From an uncultured Bacteroidales bacterium (lineage in GTDB: Bacteria; Bacteroidota; Bacteroidia; Bacteroidales; FEN-979): a DNA stretch of 64,000 nucleotides. Under the pieces are notes generated by a model that worked only from the letters and a program-made list of their open reading frames with translations, ran no database searches and was not told the DNA's origin. The DNA lies in assembly GCA_963768805.1 (NCBI GenBank), contig CAVYJI010000012.1, positions 3,305 through 67,304 of the forward strand. Reading direction: 5' to 3'. A program made the translations under genes and the position numbers. Of the stretch, positions 56,000 through 64,000 are shown one piece after another. Within the stretch, counting starts at the first letter, position 1; each line of letters starts with the position of its first letter.

Positions 56000-58669
56000 A
56001 TGTCCCGAGGACCAATAAACGAATTCCGACTGAGAGCCTTTTATCCAAACTATTATGCATTAAAGCAGGTTTTGTCTGGTTCATCTGACAAAGTAAAGTC
56101 AGTGGCAGATTCCATATTCCCATCACCCGAGCTAGAATATAGAGACCCTGAAGATCAGTCATTTCATAAACTTCGCTTAAAAAACAAAGAAGTAATCATC
56201 CTTAGTCAACCGGACAGGGCAAAAGCTACAAAGTACCTGAATCTTCTCATCGCTTCCATAGACAATGATCCTTCCTCCGCAAAAGAAAAAGAAAAGATAT
56301 CAAGGCAATACTTTAAGTCATTGAAATCAAAGTTTGACAACATGGATTTTACTGACAATGAAATTGTGGTTCCTGCTTCGACGAAGAATCCATATGACGA
56401 ACTCCTTCTAAGCCAAAAAGGGAAAGTCTTGCTTGATTTGTACCAGGAAGGCTATCCCGTTCCTGATTTCTGCGTACTTACTTCACGTTCTTATCAGCTT
56501 GGTGAACGTGAGCGGGAATTATGTCTTCAGAAGGCGATCTCTGACCTTGAAAGAATGACCGGTGAAAAGCTGGGAGATCCGGATCATGCACTTGTCTTTG
56601 CCATGCGGTCAGCCACCCCGCATTATATACCAGGCCTTATGCCGACTTTCCTTAATGTAGGTGTTACAAAGCTTAGCTTCAAGTCACTGGAACAAAGGTA
56701 TGGACGTCAAGCTGCAAATAAGATCTACCTGAACAATCTTCAGTCCATTTGCCAGCTCCTTGCCCCGGGACAGGATTTTTACGGTTCGAAGAAAGAGGAG
56801 TGTACGCCTGCTTCCGAAGAGATTGAACACAGGATAGACAGCCTGATTAAAAAAATTGAGATCATCGACAAGCAGATATTATATGATGCACACTACCAGG
56901 CAAAGAAGTTCATGCGATATTCCCACAGCTTTTTTACACAGAACCAGGATCTCATTTATACTTTTCAGCGGGGACATGTGACATATCCTGCATTGATCCT
57001 GCAGAAGATGGTATGGACTATCCGTAATCATGATTCTTATCCCGGAGTACTTTATAGTCGTCATCCTCGTACCGGACTTGGGATGCAGATTGAAAGCAGC
57101 AGGGAAATCTTCGGTGAGGAGATCATGACGGGGACAGTTCGTGCCGAAGAAAAAGAGTATTTTGACCGTGAAGAGATCAAAGAGGAATTTCCTGCTATCT
57201 ATCATTTCACCCCCATGCTTCCTAAACTTGAAGTGAAATTAAAATCCCCGGCTACAATTGAGTTCGCGGTGGAATCTTTTGAGGGCATTTCACTTTTTGC
57301 AATCCTTCAGCTCAATATGTCAGAGCTTACAGGAAGGTCGACACTTCTTACAGCAATCGATCTTTATCAAAAAAAGATCATCTCAAAAAAAAGGGTTATC
57401 CAGCTGATCCGTCCGTACCATTTACGACAGATCTTTTCTGAGAGGATCGACGATGTTTCGCTAAAATCACTAACCTTGTTTGGGTATGGGGTTTCAATTT
57501 TGCCGAGGTCTGCCGTTTCTGCCAGGATCTATTTCTCGATGGCAAAAGCCCTGGAAGCAAAGAAAAGGGGTGAAAAGGTTTGCCTATGCAAGGAAAATTT
57601 CATCCCTTCTGAAACGATCTTCATGGGAGAGCTTGATGCTATCATGAGTATGAGCCCGTTGGCCATTCATGTGGTGACTGCCTGCCTGGGTTATGGGATA
57701 CCTGCTTTCATCAACCTGAGGAACCATCAAATTGATCTGGAAGAAGATGTCATCAGCAATGCCCTTGGGATAACCATTCATGAAGGAGACTGGATCACTG
57801 TATCGAGTAAGCATCATTGCATTTATATCGGGAAAGCAAATTACAAGCCGGCGCGTTTTCAGAAATATCTTGAAGGCATAAAACTTGAGATGGACTCAAA
57901 GGAAGAGAAGGTTTTTATTAACATGTCGAGGGCTTACCATGCATACCAGGAGATCCTGAATACGCTCAAGACAGAAGAGGCCATGAGCCTGCCCGATCTG
58001 ATCAAGCTGATCCGCAATGATTATGACCAGCAGCCGCAGAAAGCCATTGAATTCGTAAACGGCTGGTTTGATGCTCACATGGAGTATTATTTTACCGAGA
58101 TAGTAAAGAGCGGACTAGGTTCTCACATGGACCAGCATAAGATCTATAATTTGCTTACGACCGAACGGAGGATCCTGTTTTTCAAAAGCATGATACTTAA
58201 ATGTCAGAGAGAGAAGCTAAGCGGCTTTTCTGCAGGAGCTTTTATGCTTGGCAGGTTTTTATGCCAGAATCACCCTGTATCATTCTGGAAATCATTTGGT
58301 CCTTCTGATATTGCTTTTTTGCTTAATGAATATGTCCTTTTTGAAAAATATATGCAGGTTCTTTATGAATTCGGAGAACGACATCTGAACAGGATAAAAA
58401 ATAAGATCTTAACGGACGACCTGAATACAATAACCCTGTCCAAGATGAATACGGATACATTTCTTACCTTGAAATTATGCTCTTTTGACTGGGAGGATAT
58501 TGAAACCCGGATCAATCCTGAACACGAAAAAGATACACGCACCCTGATCCGGACTTTAAAACAGCCATATGGGGTTCTTGTCGATTACAACCTTCCCTGG
58601 TCATTTGAGAAGTTACAAGCTGTTTGTGATGCGGAAAAACTGGAAACACCAAGCCCAAATACCATTTGA
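56000..58669 (+). CDS. PPDK/PEP-synthase-like dikinase lacking the PEP/pyruvate TIM barrel (ATP-grasp + swivel His domain + unknown C-terminal domain)
   Basis: 889 aa. Three sets of blocks match PPDK as I recall it:
- AMRSATPHYIPGLMPTFLNVG corresponds to PPDK VRSGA..SMPGMMDT.LNLG.
- YSRHPRTG...GEEIMTG corresponds to FTRNP.TG...GEDVV(A)G.
- In the swivel domain, ILPRSAVSARIYF...SPLAIHVVTACLGYGIP aligns with ...GGMTSHAAVVARGMG, placing the His at codon 557 (57668-57670).
The last ~270 aa are helical and match no PPDK region I know. Confidence 0.85.
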   Translation: MSRGPINEFRLRAFYPNYYALKQVLSGSSDKVKSVADSIFPSPELEYRDPEDQSFHKLRLKNKEVIILSQPDRAKATKYLNLLIASIDNDPSSAKEKEKISRQYFKSLKSKFDNMDFTDNEIVVPASTKNPYDELLLSQKGKVLLDLYQEGYPVPDFCVLTSRSYQLGERERELCLQKAISDLERMTGEKLGDPDHALVFAMRSATPHYIPGLMPTFLNVGVTKLSFKSLEQRYGRQAANKIYLNNLQSICQLLAPGQDFYGSKKEECTPASEEIEHRIDSLIKKIEIIDKQILYDAHYQAKKFMRYSHSFFTQNQDLIYTFQRGHVTYPALILQKMVWTIRNHDSYPGVLYSRHPRTGLGMQIESSREIFGEEIMTGTVRAEEKEYFDREEIKEEFPAIYHFTPMLPKLEVKLKSPATIEFAVESFEGISLFAILQLNMSELTGRSTLLTAIDLYQKKIISKKRVIQLIRPYHLRQIFSERIDDVSLKSLTLFGYGVSILPRSAVSARIYFSMAKALEAKKRGEKVCLCKENFIPSETIFMGELDAIMSMSPLAIHVVTACLGYGIPAFINLRNHQIDLEEDVISNALGITIHEGDWITVSSKHHCIYIGKANYKPARFQKYLEGIKLEMDSKEEKVFINMSRAYHAYQEILNTLKTEEAMSLPDLIKLIRNDYDQQPQKAIEFVNGWFDAHMEYYFTEIVKSGLGSHMDQHKIYNLLTTERRILFFKSMILKCQREKLSGFSAGAFMLGRFLCQNHPVSFWKSFGPSDIAFLLNEYVLFEKYMQVLYEFGERHLNRIKNKILTDDLNTITLSKMNTDTFLTLKLCSFDWEDIETRINPEHEKDTRTLIRTLKQPYGVLVDYNLPWSFEKLQAVCDAEKLETPSPNTI

Positions 58670-58690
58670 GGACTGATGATCCGATCCTGA

Positions 58691-59260
58691 TCATTTCACT
58701 CTTTCCAACTTATCTTTATCAAATCTGGGTTTCTTACCAAAGACAGAGATGCCGAGCTGGTAAGTTTTGATGTTACCCTCGTCAGTATCATGCCAGCGGG
58801 CTTTAAGTTCTGCTTTTGGAATATAGCCGACGTTGAACAAGGCGGGGTCTGATAACAAGATTAAATCACAGGTGTATCCTATTACCACCACAAAGTGGCC
58901 GTAATCCCATTCATCTTTATAATTTTTAGCAAAATTTTCTTTGCTTCCCCATGCCTGGAGCATAATGATCACCGGGATGTTACGGTTGATCTGCGCTATG
59001 AGATTGCTGATGGTCATTTTGTGTCTTACGATGGCTTTTAAGCCCTGCCTGTGAAAGAACTTAACGATGTTCTTTACGTACGTTCCATGTTTTGGATCAG
59101 TCTTAAGATCGTGTGCAAGGTCTAACTCACGGAAATCTTCTCCATAATAGACCATGACCTTCTGAACGCAGTCAGCTCCGCATGTAAATGAGGTTCCCTG
59201 CCTGTCCTGTACAGGGAAATCAAGAATTTTAACATCTTTATTATCTGATAATTCTTTCAT
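58691..59260 (-). CDS. Stand-alone C39-like papain-fold cysteine peptidase
   Basis: 189 aa with a candidate catalytic Cys in TSFTCGADC, a His in YGHFVVVIGY and a downstream Asp (LSDPA). It has no signal peptide and no ABC-transporter fusion. Confidence 0.75.
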   Translation of the reverse strand: MKELSDNKDVKILDFPVQDRQGTSFTCGADCVQKVMVYYGEDFRELDLAHDLKTDPKHGTYVKNIVKFFHRQGLKAIVRHKMTISNLIAQINRNIPVIIMLQAWGSKENFAKNYKDEWDYGHFVVVIGYTCDLILLSDPALFNVGYIPKAELKARWHDTDEGNIKTYQLGISVFGKKPRFDKDKLERVK

Positions 59261-59477
59261 GGTAATAAATCACATATTGGGAATCAGGCATTTGTCTTTC
59301 AGAAATAACCTGCAAATTAATATCTTTTTAATTATGATGGTTGGCCACATAATTGAAAAAGGGGAAAGTTTAATTGTTGTTAATTGAATAGTATTGAAGG
59401 CCAGGTTTTAAGGGGGGACAAGATGCGAAGGAATTATGCTTCGGGTACAGGGTTCTGGGCGAACTTTTAGTATGTTT

Positions 59478-59600
59478 TGATCGAAGCTTAATCGAAGCTT
59501 AATCGAAGCTTAATCGAAGCTTAATCGAAGGTTAATCGAAGGATCCCCGAAGGAACCCCGAAGGAACCCCGAAGGATCCTCGAAGAATTCCCGAGGTATA
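59478..59600. repeat. Degenerate tandem array, 11 units of exactly 11 bp with a CGAAG core
   Basis: CGAAG (last unit CGAGG) starts at 59482, 59493, 59504, 59515, 59526, 59537, 59548, 59559, 59570, 59581 and 59592. The units drift from AATCGAAGCTT (x4) to CCCCGAAGGAA (x3). All cores are on the plus strand, as at 3370-3460. Confidence 0.9.
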
Positions 59601-59774
59601 CTACAGGAAGTTTATTGTGAGTCAATAATTACGATATAGCAAACATTACTTAATGATACAGATAACTATCAGAAGGTTCTATTAAACAGGATGGTGTTAA
59701 CAAAACTTCCATCACTATAAAACAAAAAAAGCCCTGAACTATTTATAATTCAGAACTTTAATACTTTGCCTTTG

Positions 59775-59847
<73 letters not shown>

Positions 59848-59861
59848 TTAATTCGGGAGTG

Positions 59862-59869
59862 CAAAAATA
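59862..59869 (-). promoter_or_regulatory. -7 promoter box (TATTTTTG on the minus strand) for tRNA-Phe
   Basis: Plus-strand CAAAAATA, 14 nt upstream of the tRNA 5' end. Confidence 0.45.
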
Positions 59870-59891
59870 GAAAGATATTTTGAAATTGCAA

Positions 59892-59899
59892 TACCTTTG
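59892..59899 (+). promoter_or_regulatory. -7 promoter box (TACCTTTG) upstream of coaX
   Basis: Exact TAnnTTTG, 14 nt before the ATG at 59914. Confidence 0.4.
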
Positions 59900-59913
59900 T
59901 ACCAGTACATTCT

Positions 59914-60648
59914 ATGGAACTAGTCATTGATCTTGGTAATACGAATCAAAAAATCGCATTGTTCGATGCCGGGAAACTTATTTGGATCGAGGCAAAGAAG
60001 CGGATCAGCCTTGCACATGTCAGGAAAATAGTTAAACATAATACAGGCATAGATTCCTGTATAATGTCAACAGTAGTCAAGATCCCCTCTGTGCTTCAAT
60101 CATTCATGGAAAAACAATTACGCTTTATTCTTCTTGATGAATTTACTCCATTACCAATTCAAAATCATTACCATACTCCAGGAACACTAGGTAAGGACAG
60201 GTTGGCTGCTGCTGTAGCAGGATTTTATCAATTCCCGGGTCAAGCCGTGCTGATCATCAACGCAGGGACGGCAATTACTTTTGATCTCGTCACAGATAAA
60301 GGTGAATATCTCGGTGGTTCGATCTCGCCAGGGATGCAAATGCGTTTCCGCGCCCTGCATACTTTTACAAGGCAGCTGCCGTTATTAACATACACAGACA
60401 TTGATTTTCTGACTGGTGACGATACTGACAAGTCTATCCTTTCAGGAGTTATTAACGGAATAGCTGCGGAAATGGAAGGGATGATTGCCGGTTATCAGAA
60501 AGTGTATCCGGGGATAAAGGTCATCCTAAGTGGCGGTGATCTGAATTATTTTGTTAATCGGCTTAAAATTAACATCTTTGCATTACCAAATATTGTAATC
60601 TACGGACTCTACCAAATTCTTGCTTTTAATGATAAAAAACCACTATAA
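59914..60648 (+). CDS. coaX: Type III pantothenate kinase
   Basis: 244 aa with the LVIDLGNTN N-terminus, a GKDRLAA block and the AGTA motif. Confidence 0.94.
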   Translation: MELVIDLGNTNQKIALFDAGKLIWIEAKKRISLAHVRKIVKHNTGIDSCIMSTVVKIPSVLQSFMEKQLRFILLDEFTPLPIQNHYHTPGTLGKDRLAAAVAGFYQFPGQAVLIINAGTAITFDLVTDKGEYLGGSISPGMQMRFRALHTFTRQLPLLTYTDIDFLTGDDTDKSILSGVINGIAAEMEGMIAGYQKVYPGIKVILSGGDLNYFVNRLKINIFALPNIVIYGLYQILAFNDKKPL

Positions 60649-61909
60649 TTACCACTACTTACTGTCTGTTCTTTTCCTCCTGATATATTGTTCCTTATCT
60701 GCCCAGACAATCATAACCTCTCCCTATTCACGATATGGTGTCGGTGATCTGTCTGCCAATGCCAATGCATGGAATCTGGCGATGGGTGGAACCAGCATCG
60801 GTTTGAGGAGTCCATATCATGTAAATATTAACAATCCTGCATCTTATACAGCTTTTGATTCTACTTCTTTTCTTTTTGAGGGTGGGGCTTATTTTAATTA
60901 TTCACAGCTGAGTACCAATACTCAGACAACCACACGTACTTATGCATCGCTTGGTTACCTGACATTCGGCTTTCCTGTTACCAAGTGGTGGAGAACATCG
61001 CTGGCGCTGCTTCCTTTCAGTAATGTAGGGTATAATATTTCTTCTGACGCAGAAATAATGGGGGTAGGACATGTCACCAGGATTTATACGGGTTCAGGAG
61101 GGATCAATCGTTTTATGTGGGGAAATGGATTTAAAATCACGAAGAATTTATCGATCGGAATTAATGCTTCCTATCTTTTCGGGAACATGCAACAGGAATC
61201 TTCTTCTACATTCCCGGATTCAGCTTACTACTTAAATTTCAGGCAAGACAACGACATTGACGTCAGTGGTTTTTATTTCGATTATGGGGCACAATATACG
61301 GCAAAGCTGAAAACTTTAAAGCTGACTGCAGGTGCTGTTTTTGCAACAAGCACAAAGGTAAATGCAAAGACCGATTACCTTTCTACAACATATTTCACGA
61401 CCAACGGCACTGACTATCCAAAAGATACTATTCAATCATCGCCAGGTGTCCGTGGCAGCATCACGATCCCTATGATGTACGGTTTTGGCCTTTCGTTAGA
61501 AAAGCCTGATAATTGGCTTATCAGCGCTGATTACAAATGGCAGAACTGGAAGAATTACAAGGCCTTTGGTGTAGGTGATTCCCTGGTCAACAGTTTCCAA
61601 GTGAGAGCAGGAGCCGAGTTCATTCCTGATATCAACAATTATTCAAGTTATATCAAACGGATCCATTATCGCTTTGGGTTGATGTACAACAGTTCGTACC
61701 TGGAGCTTAGGGGAAAGCACCTGAATGAATATTCAATAAGCCTGGGTTTAGGGTTGCCGATCCGTGGACTGAAAACAGTCATCAACCTCAGCGCCGAATT
61801 AGGAACACGCGGAACAACACAATCGGACCTTATCAGCGAAACTTACGTCAATTTCGTAATCGGTTTTTCAATTTATGAACGGTGGTTCTTAAAACGCAAG
61901 TATTTTTAA
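60629..61909 (+). CDS. Uncharacterised outer-membrane beta-barrel protein (conserved between coaX and lptC)
   Basis: ORF 60620..61909 starts with TTG, and an ATG lies at 60629. It has a signal peptide ending SAQ, the SPYSRYGVGDL motif, alternating beta-strand periodicity and a C-terminal aromatic residue (KYF). Confidence 0.78.
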   Translation: MIKNHYNYHYLLSVLFLLIYCSLSAQTIITSPYSRYGVGDLSANANAWNLAMGGTSIGLRSPYHVNINNPASYTAFDSTSFLFEGGAYFNYSQLSTNTQTTTRTYASLGYLTFGFPVTKWWRTSLALLPFSNVGYNISSDAEIMGVGHVTRIYTGSGGINRFMWGNGFKITKNLSIGINASYLFGNMQQESSSTFPDSAYYLNFRQDNDIDVSGFYFDYGAQYTAKLKTLKLTAGAVFATSTKVNAKTDYLSTTYFTTNGTDYPKDTIQSSPGVRGSITIPMMYGFGLSLEKPDNWLISADYKWQNWKNYKAFGVGDSLVNSFQVRAGAEFIPDINNYSSYIKRIHYRFGLMYNSSYLELRGKHLNEYSISLGLGLPIRGLKTVINLSAELGTRGTTQSDLISETYVNFVIGFSIYERWFLKRKYF

Positions 61910-62481
61910 TTTTGAAATCCTTTTCTTCAAAATTCCTCTGTTTTAATGGTTGCCTGATTACATTTCTCATGTTAATGGAAGGCTGTGGAAATAACCTTGA
62001 AACTATAAATGCGATTGCACAATCATATTCAGGGCCGGTCATGTCAGCAAAGAATATCGAGGTGGTATTCAGTGATTCAGGAAAGATACAGGCAAAGGTT
62101 TACGGTATTCTCATGAACCGATATACAAGCCCTGAACCTTACATGGAATTCCCTCGTGGCTTCAAGATCAATATTTTCGATTCAGCACTCCGGACCAGTA
62201 CCACGATCAGTGCCAATTATGGTAAAAGGAAAGAATATTCCCGTATTATGGAAGCAAAAGGAAATGTGATCGTAAGGAATGAACTAAAGAAGCAACAACT
62301 CAATACTGAAGAACTCACCTGGAATGAGAATAAAAGGATGATCTTTACTTCTGAACCGGTTAAAATCACTACCCTTGATAAGGTCGTATTTGGTAAAGGG
62401 CTCAGGTCAAATGAATCCTTTTCCGATTATACTATCACGCAGGTCTACGGGCAAATGATGGTGAAAAAAGATTCCATCTGA
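61882..62481 (+). CDS. lptC: LPS export periplasmic protein LptC
   Basis: 199 aa as tracked, with a GTG start that overlaps the upstream gene. The in-frame TTG at 61912 would give a signal peptide with an LMEGC lipobox. The LptC-like beta-jellyroll pattern is present (GNVIVRN ... LTWNE ... FTSEPVKI). Confidence 0.78.
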   Translation: MVLKTQVFLILKSFSSKFLCFNGCLITFLMLMEGCGNNLETINAIAQSYSGPVMSAKNIEVVFSDSGKIQAKVYGILMNRYTSPEPYMEFPRGFKINIFDSALRTSTTISANYGKRKEYSRIMEAKGNVIVRNELKKQQLNTEELTWNENKRMIFTSEPVKITTLDKVVFGKGLRSNESFSDYTITQVYGQMMVKKDSI

Positions 62482-62518
62482 TTTTGGCTGAAGGCTTTGT
62501 ACTTTCAGGAAAATTCCA

Positions 62519-62526
62519 TAGTTTTG
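62519..62526 (+). promoter_or_regulatory. -7 promoter box (TAGTTTTG) upstream of the ppiD-like gene
   Basis: Exact TAnnTTTG, 25 nt before the ATG at 62552. Confidence 0.4.
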
Positions 62527-62551
62527 CAAACTCTAAAAAAAATCATTTATA

Positions 62552-64000
62552 ATGGCGATAATTGGAAGAATCAGAAAACATTCAGGACTGGCTGTTATCC
62601 TTGTAGGGGTTGCAATTGCTGCTTTTGTTGTCGGTGATTTCGGCAAGAAAAGAATGAAAAGCACCAACGAGATCGGATCCGTTAACGGAGAAGCAATTCC
62701 CTATCCTGAATTTACTAACAAGGTGGAAGAAGCTATTCAGCTTCAGAAGGATAATAGTGGGAATGAGAAGATCACTGATGAAGAAACCTATGAGATCCGT
62801 CAAAGTACCTGGAACACTGAAGTAAAAGATATTCTCATGCAGGAAGAATATGACGAGGTGGGAATTGCTGTAAGTCCGGATGAACTTTTTGACCAAGTAC
62901 AGGGAAGAAACCCTCATCGTTTCATTCTGCAGTATTTCAAGGATCCTAAAACAAATGTCTATGATCCGGCCCTGGTAAGGAATTACCTGAAGAACCTTGA
63001 TAATATGGAACCCAAAAACAGGGACCAATGGCTACGTTTCGAAAAGGCAATCAAAGATGACAGGACTGAAACCAAATTTGACAACCTGATCAGAAAAGGC
63101 TACTATGTGCCAACGGCATTCTTAAAGAAGATTTATACAGAGAATAATCAGGTTTTATCAATCCGCTCCACAACACCTTCCCTGACGTCGATATCCGATA
63201 AGAATGTCATGTTGACGGATGCTGACTACCAGGCATATTATAATGAGAATAAAAGTGTTTTTTTCCAGGAAGAACCTTCCCGTGAATTACAATACGTGCT
63301 TTTTGATGTGAAAGCCTCCGATGCTGACCGTAAAAAGATTGCCGATGATGTTACTCAGATCTACAAAGATTTTTCTACCAGTACTGATCTGGCTGATTAT
63401 ATCAACGCCAATGGTGACAAAAAATACGACAGTACTTATAAGAGGAAAGGAAATTTCCCCGGAATAATAGATTCAACTGCTTTTTCTTCAAAATCAGGCA
63501 CCTATTACCCTCCATTCGAGTTGAATAATGCCTGGTATATGGCAAAGATTCTTGATATTCAGGATCGTCCGGATAGCATGAAAGGCTCTGTGATTTTGTT
63601 CACTTTTGCAGGAAGTCCCCTGAAAGATGAAAACGTAAAGCGCACCAAGGAAGAAGCAAAGTCGCGAGCGGACAGCATGCTGGCAATTCTTAAAAAGACC
63701 CCTGATAAATTCCGTGAGTTCGCACTGAAATATTCAGACTACCCGTCAGCCAAAGATGATGGCGGAGACCTCAAAGATCTGATTGACGGACAACCTTCCT
63801 TTGCAATCTTTTATAATAATGGACTTACGATGAAGCCCAATGAGATGAAGGTTATTGAGACCAACATTGGCGCTGCCATTTTCAGGTTGAACTCAAAGAC
63901 AAAGCTTATACAAAAGGCCAAAATAGCAATCCTCCAAAGAAACATCGAACCCAGTAACCAGACCTTCCAGGATGCCTATCTGAAAGCAAGCGCCTTTGCA
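62552..64000 (+). CDS. PpiD/SurA-like periplasmic chaperone/PPIase, N-terminal 483 codons (continues beyond the window)
   Basis: Not in the ORF track because it is open at the window end. Hand translation from the ATG at 62552 gives MAIIGRIRKHSGLAVILVGVAIAAFVVGDFGKK..., the canonical PpiD N-terminal anchor. The frame stays open to 64000. The tracked antisense ORF 62582..63028 is therefore spurious. Confidence 0.88.
   Translation, partial: MAIIGRIRKHSGLAVILVGVAIAAFVVGDFGKKRMKSTNEIGSVNGEAIPYPEFTNKVEEAIQLQKDNSGNEKITDEETYEIRQSTWNTEVKDILMQEEYDEVGIAVSPDELFDQVQGRNPHRFILQYFKDPKTNVYDPALVRNYLKNLDNMEPKNRDQWLRFEKAIKDDRTETKFDNLIRKGYYVPTAFLKKIYTENNQVLSIRSTTPSLTSISDKNVMLTDADYQAYYNENKSVFFQEEPSRELQYVLFDVKASDADRKKIADDVTQIYKDFSTSTDLADYINANGDKKYDSTYKRKGNFPGIIDSTAFSSKSGTYYPPFELNNAWYMAKILDIQDRPDSMKGSVILFTFAGSPLKDENVKRTKEEAKSRADSMLAILKKTPDKFREFALKYSDYPSAKDDGGDLKDLIDGQPSFAIFYNNGLTMKPNEMKVIETNIGAAIFRLNSKTKLIQKAKIAILQRNIEPSNQTFQDAYLKASAFA

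Overview
This 64-kb window reads as an ordinary chromosomal segment of a Bacteroidota-type genome. The evidence is the TAnnTTTG -7 promoter boxes in front of many genes and both tRNAs, the purN | acpP-fabF-rnc-IPExxxVDY synteny, the coaX-OMP-lptC-ppiD block, and many outer-membrane and SPOR/AsmA/Omp85-type envelope genes. All calls rest on motifs read by eye in the supplied translations and on hand inspection of intergenic DNA. No database search was run.

I support about 55 protein genes, most of them housekeeping:
- DNA and nucleotide metabolism: ruvB, nrdJ, tdk, purN.
- Translation and RNA modification: queG, pheS, rsmI, dusB, rnc.
- Lipid and central metabolism: fabF, acpP, pgi, coaX.
- Cell wall and envelope: mrdA-rodA, lptC.
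- Also a two-component system.

Two tRNAs are present, Ser-GGA and Phe-GAA. There is no rRNA, CRISPR array, transposase or integrase. Several genes must use TTG or GTG starts: GT9, TPR/GT-C, wzx-like, ubiB-like and fabF.

The least ordinary content is:
1. A tightly packed cassette at 54.7-58.7 kb. It encodes a minimal nucleotidyltransferase, a metallophosphoesterase, and a PPDK-like dikinase that keeps the ATP-grasp and swivelling-His domains but has an unknown helical domain in place of the PEP/pyruvate TIM barrel. A stand-alone C39-like papain-fold peptidase lies next to it.
2. A ~135-166 nt dispersed element present twice (20.0 kb and 48.0 kb). Its arms are conserved, its central hairpin covaries, and its G-U-type substitutions fit a plus-strand structured RNA.
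3. Strictly 11-bp-phased degenerate tandem arrays at three intergenic loci: a CGAAG core at 3.4 kb and 59.5 kb, and a TATAG core at 35.8 kb.
4. A 740-bp gene-free region with an orphan strong intrinsic terminator, which suggests an unannotated small RNA.

Functional ideas for these four items are hypotheses only.
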